DNA of 64,000 bases from Octopus vulgaris. Its lineage: Eukaryota. Below, one piece after another: positions 15,130-28,440 of this stretch. The notes below the pieces were generated by a model. The model ran no database searches, was not told where the DNA came from, and was given only the letters and a program-made list of their open reading frames with translations. The position numbers and the translations under genes are program-made. The number at the start of each line of letters is the position of its first letter. Within the stretch, counting starts at the first letter, position 1. The stretch spans positions 25,916,001 through 25,980,000 of the forward strand of contig OX597814.1 of the NCBI GenBank assembly GCA_951406725.2, written 5' to 3'.

Positions 15130-15214
15130 TCATCATCATCATCATCATAGGAAAGCGGACGTTAAACGATGATGATGATGATGATGATGATGATATATAT
15201 ATATATATATATAT

Positions 15215-15614
15215 TCTCTTTTACTTGTTTCAGTCATTTGACTGTGGCCATGCTGGAGCACTGCCTTTAGTCAACCAAATCGACCCCAGGACTTATTCTT
15301 TGTAAGCCTAGTATTTATTCTATAGATTTCTTTTGCCAAACTGCTATGTTACAGGGACGTAAACACACCAGCATTGGTTGTCAAGTGATGTTGGGGGACA
15401 AACATAGGCACACAAACACAAGCATATATATATATATATATTTTCCTCCATCTTCCCTTCTCTTAATCTTTCCTTTTCCTATGTTTCTGACAAAGAGCTC
15501 CGCTCGAAACGTAAATCCCTCCTTCTTCCCTTCCTTCCTGAGCATCCAATGATACTATATTTGTTCCACATCCTCACGTTGCTGTGTTTTCTCTTGGTGT
15601 TTTCATGTTTGGAT

Positions 15615-15662
<48 letters not shown>

Positions 15663-15830
15663 TACAATGGGCTTCTTTCAGTTTCCGTCTACCAAATCCG
15701 CTCACAAGGCTTTGGTCAGCCCGAGGCTATAGTAGAAGACACTTGCCTAAGTTGCCATGCAGTGGGACTGAACCTGCAACCATGTGGTTCGTAAGCAAGC
15801 TACTTACCACACAGCCACTCCTATGCCTAT
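15215..15830 (-). mobile_element. SINE family C copy interrupted by a hammerhead-bearing insert
   Basis: Colinear with 28028-28440 except for the extra 15441-15620 within its (TA)n tract. Confidence 0.85.
15484..15515 (+). ncRNA. Minimal hammerhead-like motif (family b) in a ~180-bp insert (15441-15620) between (TA)n tracts inside a SINE
   Basis: UUU-CUGACAA-A-GAGC-ucc-GCUC-GAAAC-GUA-AA. CUGACAA is probably CUGACGA after CpG decay. A related, more decayed copy is at 17670-17700 (UUGAAGA-G-GAGC-uuaa-GCUC-AAAAU-GUU). Confidence 0.6.
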
Positions 15831-15892
15831 ATACATACACATTTATACATATGTGTGTGTATTTGTGTGTGTTTGTGTATGTATATGTATAT

Positions 15893-17095
15893 ATCATCAT
15901 CGTCGTTTAACATCCTTGCTCCACGCTGGCATGAGTTAGACAGCTTGACAGAAGCTGACCATCTGGAGAGCTGTCTGGGCTCTATTTTGTCTGTTTTATC
16001 ATGGTTTTTATGGTTGGATGCCCTTCCTAATGCCAACCACTTTACATAGTGTACTGGATGCTTTTAATGTGACACTGGCACGAGCTCTTTTACATCATAC
16101 CAGCACGGACACTTTTATGTAGCATTAATAATTTCACATGGCACCAGCACCCACAAGCTGGCAAAACAAGGACCTCTCAGTTTGGTTAGCTTGATGTGTC
16201 TTCTCAAGCACAGCAAATCACCAGAAGTCTCAGTCCTTTGACATCTCCTCTGTGAGTCCCAAAGACTGAAGACACTTTCTTACCATGTTGTCTCATGTCT
16301 TCCTGAGTCTACCACTTCTTCACATTCCCTCCACAATTAGAAATCAGTACTTCTTGATGCAGTTGTCCTCATCAGTATGCATCACGTGACCATACCCGTG
16401 CAGTTTTCTCTCTTGCACACTACGTCTGATGCCTCTAATAGCTACTTTTGCACTCAAATCACTTACTCTCTATTGTACATGCTCACTGACATTATCTATC
16501 CAATGGAGCATGCTAGCTTCATTTCTTTCAAGTTTTCCAATGTCCTCAGTAGCCAGAATCCATATCTCACTTTGGTCTGTGGTGAATTAATTCTAAAGCC
16601 ACATGATTCTAAACCTTACTTCTACACTTGAAATTTATTCTCTAGTTCTGGTAAGGATTAGCAATAAGAAGGTCATCAGCTTGTAGGAGCTCCCAAGGGC
16701 AGCCAATCTTAAATTCCTCTCTTAAGGCCTGGAGAACTATGATGAACAAGAGGGGGCTGAGAATGATTTATGGTGAATACACCAGTACATTAAATTCCTT
16801 GCTTTACTTATTACCAACTTTCAACTTACTGACAGCATCCATGTACATAGCTTCTACAGCTTTCACCAACCACTCAGTTATCCCTAATTTCTGCACTGCT
16901 CACTGGATAATGGAACAAAGGAGCCTGTCAACAGCTTTTTCCATGTCAACAAAAGCCAAATACAGAGGTTTATTTTTGGCTAAATACTTCTTCTGCAATA
17001 GCCTCACCCAGAAGATAACATCAGTAGTGCCTCTAGCTGGCACAAAACCAAACTGCATCTCATCTAGGCTCACTCTCTTCCTAACTAGCTGAGTT
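15893..17095 (-). mobile_element. RTE-clade LINE 3' fragment with RT remnant
   Basis: EMQFGFVPARGTTDVIF..RLLQKKYLAKNKPLYLAFVDMEKAVDR (RT motifs), followed by a decayed C-terminus and a 3' tail ending in (GAT)n. Confidence 0.85.
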
Positions 17096-17351
17096 ATGAG
17101 AGAGAGAGAGGGAGATTTGTATATGTGTGTGTGTATGCATACATACATACATATGCACGTATGTGCATGTATATATATATATATAGGTAAAGGTTAAAAA
17201 ATATATATTTGAGTCAATATGTCTGAAGAATGTTATAAATTTTTTTCATACAATGACATAGTTTAGAAGAAATGACCGGTTACACGTTCAGCTTTTCAAA
17301 TTTTGTGTGTGCATATATATATATATATGTGTGTGCATATATATATATATG

Positions 17352-17385
<34 letters not shown>

Positions 17386-17517
17386 GAAAATAGTAAAAAG
17401 TGAAAAAACTACAGAAGGCTTGTTTTAAAAGGTTAAAAAATATATATTGACTCAAATATATATTTTTTAACCTTTTAAAACAAGCCTTCTGTAGTTTTTT
17501 CACTTTTTACTATTTTC
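17386..17517. repeat. Perfect 63-bp inverted repeat with 6-nt spacer, extended by (TA)n
   Basis: 17386-17448 is the reverse complement of 17455-17517; loop gactca. Confidence 0.95.
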
Positions 17518-19119
17518 TATATATATATATATATATGCACACACACACACACACACACACAAGCACTCATACACAGGCCCATTTTCAACATTACTCAGAA
17601 CAACACATATTTCTTCATTACATTTCCTTTCACCCCTTTACAGTCTTACCTTGACATATCTATTTGAAGTATTGAAGAGGAGCTTAAGCTCAAAATGTTG
17701 ATGGCACTTCTCTCTTTGAGCATCAAACTAAAAATTAAACCTTGTTTTCGTTTTGTCATCTTTGTTGTTATTCTTGTTATTTATTCTGGACATACATATA
17801 TAAATATATAAATTTGTTTATTCATTCTTCAGTTTTTCTATGCTAGCATGGCTTAGATAAATATATTATTTAATTATTGTTGTACAGCTGGACACACATC
17901 TTGTCACTAACTTTTATTTGATCTCTTCTTTCACTCAACTTTCATGGCATGAAGTTGACAGGAGAAGTGTCAACAACAACACTGCTCTTAGCTTGCAACT
18001 TTTATACTTGTCAAAGATTAGACTTCTCACAGCTTCCCTGCATTCAATTTTTTATTAATTTAATGTAGGAAGAGAAATGGGATAAGATGGTTTAGTTATG
18101 TGCTGAGGAAGGGTAAAATTAGACAGGGTGAGTGAACAGGAAAGGGTAGCTGAGAAGGACAGATGATAAAATGAGAGCAAGGGAATATGTAGAGGATAGG
18201 GCAAACAGGAAAAGACAATCAAGTGGCTTGCAAGCATAATTCCATTCTTCAGCCAGGACAGTGGTCTTAAAATATTTGTTGCATTGTATTTTTAATCCTG
18301 GAGTTGTCTTCCCTGTCTTTTTAACCATAATAATTAAGCAAATGGTTGTTGCCCCTCTAATTAAAACTATTTTGCTTTACGCAAAGTAAGTTATCCCCAC
18401 ATAACTCACCATTTTGTTTTAACAGGGTATCCGTAAAACTAGCCATGTTGTATATCAGATCAAACTTTTTGTGTTTGCTTATTGAATCTTCTTGAGAAAA
18501 GTTAACCAATTCTACTCATCAACAATAAAAACAACAGCCAAAAGTTTCCTTAGTTAAAAGTATATATATTTTGCCTGAATAGCCCATTCTGCTAAATAAT
18601 AGGTTAGATCAAGACTAAGTATCCAATTAATTATAATGTCTTGCTTAGAAGAGACACTGTTAAAAATTAAATCTTTTCTTCAGCATGTGTGTATGCATGC
18701 GATTATATACTTATGTATATATCATAGTTTATATAGGTGTGTGCGTGTGTATGTGTGTAAAATAAAGAATGTAGATTAAATTAAATAGACATTACTTGTA
18801 TATGGATCATTAATTCTTTATGAAATACAACAACATCATTTAATCTATATGATCTAGAGAACCTAGAGAACAATAAATTGTAAATGTGGTAAGTTTATCA
18901 CTTTAATATCTTCTAAATTATCTAAATCATCAAAGCTTGACCAGATTTCTTCTTCTTTGTCTTCTTTGATGATGACTATTATTATTGGTGCTGCTGCTGC
19001 TGTTGCTATTGTTGTTGTCCTTACTGTTGTTGTTACTGCTGCTGCTGTTCTTGTTGTTATTATTATTGTAATGTTCCTTCATCCATTGCCCTTGTAGCAA
19101 TAATAGAGAAATTATTTAC

Positions 19120-19164
19120 TATTATTATTATTATTATTATTATTTCTTCTTCTTCTTCTTCTCC

Positions 19165-19205
<41 letters not shown>

Positions 19206-19219
19206 TATTGTTGTTGTTA

Positions 19220-19268
<49 letters not shown>

Positions 19269-19285
19269 CATCATCATTATTATTA

Positions 19286-19328
<43 letters not shown>

Positions 19329-19347
19329 TATTATTATTACTATTATT
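19120..19347. repeat. Compound (ATT)n/(CTT)n/(GTT)n microsatellite
   Basis: Direct inspection. Confidence 0.95.
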
Positions 19348-19741
19348 AATATTATTTTATCTGTGTCTTTTAATGTTGCGGTTAGAGGTATTCAGGTCAT
19401 ATACAGAAGGACTTCAAACAAAATTCTACTGGCACTTTTTGATAAGTTTTGATCTTTGATATATTATAGCTTAAAGTTAACATTAATTCATGCACCAAGG
19501 TCAATTAGCCTGATCAGTAGTTTAATCAATTATATATACCTTGTTTCATTTCTGGCAAGATTTAAAGCTAAAGTTTGTTTTGGAACCTGCTTAGAAAGAA
19601 ATGTATGATGTTATTTTTACTTTCTTTGGTTGGGGATGGAGGGTTGCTTTACAGGAACTACTGTCTCATGATTTTTCATTCCTTCAACTATTTTATGAGT
19701 TCTGAAGCAAGCATATGAAGAACACGATCAAAGAGATAAAC

Positions 19742-19772
19742 AGATAGATAGATAGATAGAGAGAGAGATAAG

Positions 19773-19808
<36 letters not shown>

Positions 19809-19905
19809 GAAAGAGAGAGAGAGAGAGATAAGTAGATAGATAGATAGAGAGAGAGAGATAGATAGACAGACAGATAGATAGATAGATAGATAGATAGACA
19901 GATAG

Positions 19906-19994
<89 letters not shown>

Positions 19995-20045
19995 TTGATA
20001 GACAGATAGATAGATAGATACAGACAGACAGACAAACAGGCAGAC
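19742..20045. repeat. Compound (GATA)n/(GA)n/(GACA)n microsatellite
   Basis: Direct inspection. Confidence 0.95.
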
Positions 20046-20538
20046 AGAAAAGATGCTGGAAGAGGAAATAAATTATAGAAAGTATGAGTGTGAGGTGGAA
20101 AAGGAATGTGATGTGAGAGGAAAGAAAATGTTAGTTACAAATGAAAGATAATGCTTTTGAGAAGTTAATATATATAAGAATGTAAATTTAACCTTGCTCT
20201 AAAATAATTTGGGGTTATAACCTCTAGAAAGAACATACAGGTTAGTCAATCAAAGGATTGCAATTTCAACCAAACTTGGTTTTCGTAGTTAGACTGCTTA
20301 TATCAGTCAATATTCATAATAGACTTCCTAAGATGTAGACTTGGAAAGAAGTGTATAAGAAATATTATATAAGAGAAGCATGGCTGTGTGTTTAAGAACT
20401 TCTAACCATGAGGTGAGAGGTTCAATCCCACTGCATGAATATTGCCAGCAAAGATTCTATGCTATAGTAGCATGAGTCAACCAATAACTTATGAGGGGAA
20501 AATTGGTAAACAGGAACTGAGAAGTTTGTCATATATAT

Positions 20539-20652
20539 AATTTATTTGTGCATTAAGGCTACCATTGGTTCATGTTCTGTGTGATAGGCCTGATAATTGT
20601 TGAGGGCTTCCTTTGCATGAAACCAATGGTAGCCTTAATGCACAAATGAATT
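20539..20652. repeat. ~36-bp inverted repeat with ~41-nt spacer
   Basis: atttgtgcattaaggctaccattggttcatg / catgaaaccaatggtagccttaatgcacaaat (one indel). Confidence 0.9.
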
Positions 20653-21913
20653 TTTATCCACTAATGGAGTATTGAGCGCTCATTCTCATTGTTTGATACT
20701 TACATAGAAGTGTGTGTGTGTGTGTGTGTAGGTAGGTATAAGATGAAAATGATCCCCAATTAAACTTGTCACGGGCAAGAGATTGCTTAAGGACAGTAGG
20801 GGTGCATTGTGTTAGCTGAGAACTGGATTGATGAAATAATTTAGATAGTCAGGATGTGAAATAAGATAATTACGATAAAACTAATTACAAGCAACTCATT
20901 GGCAACATCTATTTCACCACAATATGGAGAATGCAAGGGATAAAAAAAAAGGGCTGCCTCGTACTAACCCAGAAATTCAAATTGACAGCAGCTTGGATAT
21001 AAAGAGGGAGAAATCTGTTGGTCCATTAGAGATAGTTGCAGAGATGCTCAAAATAGGTAGTGAGCTAGGATACATGATGACCACCTAGAGAGTTAATCAA
21101 GTTAGGCAGGAAAGTGTCATACCCAATGATTGGAAAAGCGATATCACTATGAACTACTGCAAAGACAAAGAAGATGTCTTAGGATCTCACATGTGCTGAT
21201 GGCATGAAAAAGCACCTTGTACACACTGTAAAGGAGGTGGTGGTGGTGGTGGTGGTGGTGGTGGTGGTGGTGGTGGCAGTGTTGGCAGTAGCAGCAACAG
21301 TCATGGTGGTGATGGTATCATCAGCACTTGTAGCAATAACATTGTTGGCAGTGATGGTGGTGGTAGCAGTGGTGGTGGGACTGACGATGGCACAGTAAAG
21401 CATATGAATTTGACAGAATATATACTTAGGCATTTTTCATATTTACTCCTCTTTGCTTCTTATTTCTCTGGCCATTTTAAACCTTTTGAGTAATTTTTGG
21501 AGAAGATCAGCTCAGAAAATGGCTGATCATCTCATACTGATGATAAACTGACAAAATACGAATAGGAAATGATAAATGAAAATGAAAGAAATATTTTGCA
21601 CCATTTCATGAATGGTTGAAACACCTGTATTGGATTTTTACCTATTTTTCTACTCGTACAAAGATGAAACGTATCGTTAGTTGTTCTACGGATTTTTTTT
21701 TATTATTCCCTCTTTTATTTCATCTAACAATGAAAATCAATTTTTTCTCTCTCATCCACTCCTTGTCTTCACCTCTCTCATTTACTGCTACTACATCAAC
21801 AACTCCTCCTCCTCCTACTACTACTACTGCCACCATATCACCACCACCATTATCACTACTATTGCCCTTACTGTTGCTACCACCACTACAACTACTACAA
21901 TCTACTGCTGCTG

Positions 21914-21946
<33 letters not shown>

Positions 21947-22539
21947 TTACTAACACCACTACTATCTATACTAGTACTACTGTTGCTACTGTTGCTGCTT
22001 CTAACAATATATTTTATAAGAATTCATCTGTTGAGCAAATAGCTAACCATCTGCTGCTTGCCAACCAAAGCTGTCTTCTCCATCGGCACTTTTTACTACA
22101 TTAACGTTGTTAAGACTAAAAAGTATAAGTTGAGGGAGATTTAAGCTACATCTAACACAGATTGAGTGACGGCTAATAGTCATAGAGAGACCATATATGA
22201 AAATGAGCCAGGATAATGATAGCAAACATATGACCAAAGCAACAACTTTGATCAGAGGTCCTATTGATAAGTGCTGACATTGTGTTTAAACAACAGCAAT
22301 CATTTTTATGTCAGACTTCACTCTCTACTGGTACCCACCAATTATCATCTTTATCTCCCACAAATCATACTTGTAACCACTGTCTTTTGCCTCATCTTCC
22401 TTCATATTTTGCTTTCAGCCTTTACTTCCATTATCCCACTCATTACAGTGTAAGTCCCATGTCAAATTTTATATGAGGAGATCATACTTTTCTCTCAATA
22501 CTTGTCTTATTGTTTGACCTCACTAATATTGGTGTTATG

Positions 22540-22753
22540 GAAGGCAATGACCTAGTAGAAGCCTTAGCATGCTGGAAAAAATACTTAGCAGCATTTCATC
22601 TGTCCTTACGTCCTGAGTTCAAATTCCACCAGAGTCAACTTTGCCTTTCATCCTTTCGGGTTCAATAAAATAAGTACCAGTTGAGTATTGAGGTTGATGT
22701 AATTGATTTACCCCTTCTCCGATATTGCTGGCCTTGTGCCAAAATTTAAAATC
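22540..22753 (+). mobile_element. SINE family A
   Basis: 15-bp TSD AATATTGGTGTTATG at 22525-22539 and 22754-22768. Other copies at 27650-27860, 33780-33980, 57320-57545; partial copies at 8370-8465, 14230-14365, 75-215. Confidence 0.85.
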
Positions 22754-24375
22754 AATATTGGTGTTATGTTAAAATAATTTCCCTTATTCCTAGCGCTACA
22801 GAAATATGGTTTGCTGGACCCTTGTCCACAGTAGGCTGTATGTCAGCTAGAAGCATATGCATGTGCCCATTATATATCTGTGGCAACAATTTTTTCCACC
22901 TCAAGCTATACATCTTGAGTAAGCTATACAGTTGCTTGGTCGGCTAGAAATAGTAACCTAGTCTCTTCAATTGACACATTACTATTTTCAAAAAGTAAAG
23001 TGCATTGGATAATGTATTTGTATAAAAAGCTGAATGGTTGAGGCTGAAATATTATTGGACCTCATATAGACCCAAGTCAGAGCTGACTTGGGCCTAAATA
23101 TCAACAACATTTCCTGGAAGAAAAAGTGATTTACTCACTGTACAAGCTTATTTTACATTAAACACTTTGTGTGCCATTTGTCAGTTACAATAGCATCTAT
23201 GAAGACAAAATATTATAAGTTGTCATCCTTGTAATTTAGAATGATGCCAAAATGGGGAGTTATCTTAGCTAAAGATAACATCCATGTTCAACAAATGAAG
23301 GATTGCAATTTAGGCTTAGTTGGGTTTGAACCACACAGATTTTCTTAATTAGAAAGCTAATATCCCGAATAGATAATCTATGGGTGTAGTCTTTGGGAAA
23401 ATGATAACAGAAAAAGCTATACAACACACAAAAGAGCATATTAATTATCTATAAGAACATAATATCTCATCATTCTTTTATACTCCTACACATAACTTTT
23501 CATTAGATAAGTTACGCAGCAATTATCTGGAAAACTCTATTACATGCTCTCTGACTACAACTCATTAGCTGGTCCAGGATGTACAACATAATCAACATCA
23601 TCATCATGCAAATTATTAAATTTAATTATTAAATGCAAATTTATTAAATTACTATATCAAACATCATGTCCACCACCACCGCTAACCCCCACCAGCCCTC
23701 AACACACATATCAAATAGTAATTTGAGATACTGCAGAAATTGTGAATTACACTTAAAAATGTGTTATCAAACATGGAAGCAGCTACATAGTTGCTCAAAA
23801 TAGCATAAATAGCAGCCAACTCTTCCTAATGATTATAGCCAACCATCTTAAATTAGAAAGGGCACATAAAATAAAGTCCTAAAGCACAGGTATGGTTGCA
23901 TAGTTATGATGTTTGCTTGCCAACCCTATGCTTCAGGTTCAGTCCCATTACATAGCACATTGGGCAGATGACTTCTATAATAGCTCTGGACCAACTAAAG
24001 CCTTATGAGAAGACCTAGTTGATGGAAACTGAAAGGGGCCCATCATATATATATATATATATATGTATGTATATACATACATATATGTGTGTGCATGCGT
24101 GTGTGTGTGTATATATACTACTATATATATATATGTATGTATATACAAACATATATGTGTGTGCATGTGTGTGTGCATGCATGTGCATGCGTATGTGTGT
24201 ATATATACTACTATATATATTTATTGCTACTATTATTTACTATTTATTGTATTTAATTGATTTTTAGAATAAGGTTTTTTTTCATAGAATAAGTTTTCTA
24301 TATGGTGTGAATAACATTTTTCTTTATTGAATTGTTTAATAGAGGTTTTTCTCTAAATCATATACATATATGATA

Positions 24376-24414
<39 letters not shown>

Positions 24415-24418
<4 letters not shown>

Positions 24419-25380
24419 GTTTTGGTATCCAGAAGACCCAAAATGGCAGGTAAGGCTATGTAAGTGCTACAGAAGGACTATAGTTTGACTTCCAGTTCAA
24501 TAATAGTATGAGTGAGGAGTCTAATGGTCGTGTGTGAACATGTATATGTTAAATAAAATGAGACAACACAGCCAAAGCAGTGTGAAATTTCTAGGACATT
24601 TATAAAGAAAATGTCTTACAGCTGTTTCAAGGATATGAGGGATATCCCTCCATCAGAGACAATATGAGAGAGTTAAATAGAGGGAAATGGTAGAGTTCAA
24701 TATAAGAAGTTATTTTGGAAAGGGAGAAATATAGGAAGTATAAATGGAAATAAGGGAGTAAGAATAAAAATATGTTGGATGTTACATTATCCAAGAAAAG
24801 TGCTGTGTAGAATAGGTAGAAAGGCTTCTTGTCCATGGTATGTAAATTCCGATAGGAGTTCATATTTTGTTATTACGTGTACTGTTTGTTCAAATGGGTC
24901 TTGTAGTGTAAATGAAATTTTGAGAACATATTGGTAGGGGTAGGTACACAGAGAGAAGAGAATAGATACGTATGTTAGAAGGAGGAAAATGGTATTGGTC
25001 AAAAAGAATGGGGGAGGAAAGAAGAAGGAAAGAAAGAAAGAGGAAAAGAATGTGAAAAAGAGTGCTAGATGGTGGTAAAGATATTGTGAGGGGGAGGGGA
25101 GAGGAGAGATGTCAGTAGATAAAAGGAATAGGGGAGAATTAGAAGGAAGAGATAAGAATGTAAGGAAGGAATATGTGTGAGAAGTGGGAGGTGGGTTGAT
25201 ATGTTTGAATGGCACTAAGGTGAAGAGATAGGTAAAGAAAATGGTATGGGGGTGTACTAAAAGTGAGTAGTAAATCTCAAAATGGAAGGGAAGAATAATA
25301 AGATATAATGGTCAAGTTTCTAAAAACTAGCTAAAATGATAGTAGGGTTTGATGAATTAATGAGGGAAAGAAAAATATTT
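24415..25380 (-). mobile_element. Probable Penelope pLTR remnant
   Basis: Begins at a (TA)n tract and contains the 24612 hammerhead, preceded on the minus strand by a long pyrimidine-rich tract. The boundary is uncertain. Confidence 0.45.
24612..24661 (-). ncRNA. Minimal type-I hammerhead ribozyme, one core substitution (A9>G)
   Basis: Minus strand reads UGUCU-CUGAUGG-AGGGAUAU-cccuc-AUAUCCUU-GAAA-CAGCUG-UA-AGACA: 5-bp helix I, 8-bp helix II, palindromic helix III (ACAGCUGU), GUA triplet. Confidence 0.75.
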
Positions 25381-25499
25381 AGATAGATTTACACACATGT
25401 GCACATATATACATATAGATGTGTATATGCACTAATATATAGGCCCACATATTTATATACCTATACACATATGCATACATGTGTATCTATACCTATATA

Positions 25500-25532
<33 letters not shown>

Positions 25533-25899
25533 TATTAAAATTGAAATTAAAAATTGAAAAGTTAAAAAGATTAAGACATTGGAAACTCATATTTGGTAAT
25601 CTCCAACGACCCTTTTTCGACTATATATTTTTCATACCTTCATTATACTTATTTAGAAATAATTGTGTTATAATATGTGGAATGCCTCTTTTAGGCATAA
25701 CTTACAGGCTGAGCATTGACTCTGATATGTAAGCCCTGAATCTATTATGGACCATAAGTTATATGGAATATTCCTATTTTTGAGATGATGTATGTCACTG
25801 GTGAGGGTTGTGGATTTAAATCCATATATATATATATATATATATATATATCATCAACACCATCGTCGTCGTCATCATCATCATCTATCTATCTACCTA

Positions 25900-25953
<54 letters not shown>

Positions 25954-27312
25954 CATGGAAAGCGGACGCTAAATATATACATACTTATATTTGGATACAA
26001 CTATGTATTTAGTGCTTTCATCCCTTTCAGGAATTCATTGTGATTTCGTATAAAAATTCATTACTTTTATATACATGTGAGTTAGATGGAAAAAAATTTG
26101 GAGCTGAATTTGTTTCCTTGGGTTTTGAAAAGAGAATGTTTTGGGATTGGTTATTTGAGATGTTATTTGTCATTTTGACTTTATATGTGTGTGTATGTAT
26201 GTGTATGTATGCACGTGTTTATGGTTAATCTGAAACAAAGTGTGCCTGATATCTCTTCCTGCAGCAGAATGCACACTAACATGAGGTAGTTGTATCTGTA
26301 GTATCTACAGTGTTATTGGACATAACTCTGTCAGCTGAAGAAAGTAGATAAAAAAATTAGTGTCAATTGACAGAGTCCCAAAGTAAGTGATAGTTAATTC
26401 TAAGAATTTAAGAAATAATCTCTCCAAGTTAATTTATAGATTAGGGGATACTTTAACTTTTGTATGTAGACAAGCAACAATTATGAATACAGTTTGCTCT
26501 ATTACATCTCAGCAAAAAAATATTATAAACAATTTTCGATTAGTATAATCTACATAAGAGAATTAAGTTCAGTTTCCATGTTTTTTTGTTTGTTTCATAA
26601 TGATGAGCCTTCTTATTGACCTTTGAAACAAGTGAGTAGAACTTTTAGAAAAACAGATGCTTAAAAGGTGAAAATATATCAATTGAGCAAGATATAAAAA
26701 TACACAGTCAATATATCAGCAGCAACAATTAAACTATGTTATTTATATTCTCTGGTAATTGTGTGTAAATTCTTCTGATAAAGGAGGTCAGGAATTGTTT
26801 AATTAATGTGTAATTAATTAAAGTTTAATTAAAATTAGTTACATTAATAAATTCATATATTATTTTACAAGAATTAAAGGTCAGAAATGTAGAAATATGT
26901 TGTAAAATGGCATGTAAAACTAATTTTAACTAGAGGCATTCATCTGTTGGATATTTATGCTGCAAATTAAATACAACTGTGTGTATGAGTGTATTTGTGT
27001 GTGTTTGTGTATGTGTATGTATTTGTATGTGTGTGTATTTGTGTGTGTACATGCAAGAACGTGTGTATCTATAATTAATTGAGAACGTATTTTTGTTTTT
27101 ACTTTCACCTACATAAACTACAAGATGACATTACTGATGAGGTGTGAGTACTTCTTTATAATGCTTAATTGTTCTTTTCCAATTCTTTTATATATTCTTT
27201 TATCATCAGTGCAGCAATAGCACTTACCAAGAAATGTTAGCACTAATTATTGGATTTCATTCACACCTTCCTTCACTCACACCCTTTCCCAATTTCTACC
27301 ATGTATAATATA

Positions 27313-27345
<33 letters not shown>

Positions 27346-27349
<4 letters not shown>

Positions 27350-27554
27350 CATAAGGGACTAAAGCCATCTGAATATGGCTAGGGACAGGGCAGGGTGGTG
27401 GGGGTGTTACTGTTGCATTTAGCCCCAGGCGAACATCGACGTCACCAGAAAGGCCCGACGTCGATGTTCGCCTGGGGCTAAATGCAACAGTAACACCCCC
27501 ACCACCCTGCCCTGTCCCTAGCCATATTCAGATGGCTTTAGTCCCTTATGTTAT
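27346..27554. repeat. Perfect 98-bp inverted repeat with 13-nt spacer
   Basis: 27346-27443 is the reverse complement of 27457-27554; loop accagaaaggccc. Confidence 0.95.
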
Positions 27555-27596
27555 CGAGCAGTTACTGTCTATATCTCTTTTAGAGAATTATTATTG

Positions 27597-27632
<36 letters not shown>

Positions 27633-28027
27633 GTGTGTGTGTGTATAAAAGGTGAGCTGGCAGAATCATTAGCACACCAGGCAAAATGCTTAGTGGTATT
27701 TCCTTTGTCTTTACATTCTGAGTTCAAATATCACTAGGGTCAACTTCACCTGTCATCCTTTTGAAGTCAATAAAATAAGAACCAGTTAAACACTGGGGTC
27801 GATGTAATCAGCTTATCCTTCCCCTGAACTTGCTGGCCTTTGCCAAAATTTGAAATTAATGTGCTCTAGCTTGGCCACAGTCAAATGACTCAAACAAGTA
27901 AAAGAGTAAAAGAATATATATACATCCATACATATATATACATACATAAGCACATTCATAAATACACACATGTGGAGTGGGGTAGAGCATATATGAATCC
28001 TGTTTTTTAAAATTGGTACTCAAACAA

Positions 28028-28228
28028 CTCTTTTACTTGTTTCAGTCATTTGACTGTGGCCATGCTGGAGCACCGCCTTTAGTCGAGAAAATCGACCCCG
28101 GGACTTATTCTTTGTAAGCTCAGTACTTATTCTATTGGTCTCTTTTGCCGAACCGCTAAGTGACGGAGACGTAAACACACCAGCATCGGTTGTCAAGCAA
28201 TGCTTGGGGGACAAACACAGACACACAA

Positions 28229-28275
<47 letters not shown>

Positions 28276-28440
28276 TAAGACAGGCTTCTTTCAGTTTCTG
28301 TCTACCAAATCCACTCACAAGGCATTGGTCGGCCTGGGGCTATAGCAGAAGACACTTGCCCAAGATGCCACGCAGTGGGACTGAACCCGGAACCATGTGG
28401 TTGGTTAGCAAGCTACTTACCACACAGCCACTCCTGCACC
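28028..28440 (-). mobile_element. tRNA-headed SINE family C, full length
   Basis: Head gcaggagtggctgtgtggtaag...gggttcagtccc, internal (TA)/(TG) tract, tail gtgctccagcatggcc.cagtcaaatgactgaaacaagtaaaagag. Other copies at 15215-15830(-), 20375-20530(+), 23885-24045(+), 30610-30770(-). Confidence 0.85.

Noticed and set aside
16739-17092. Plus-strand 117-aa ORF (also 30132, 38870, 40727, 43165)
   Set aside because: Antisense shadows of LINE fragments on the minus strand.
17223-17290. Hammerhead at CTGAAGA-atgttat...atgacat
   Set aside because: GAAA does not follow helix II directly, and no UH site or helix I can be formed.
18386-18426. GTAAGT...AACAG 41-nt mini-intron
   Set aside because: Too short for a typical intron, and the flanking frames are short and unrecognisable.
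27134-27150. Isolated CTGATGA motifs (also ~1131, ~2745, ~21537, ~56532)
   Set aside because: No helix II followed by GAAA; expected by chance. No convincing C/D snoRNA partner boxes either.
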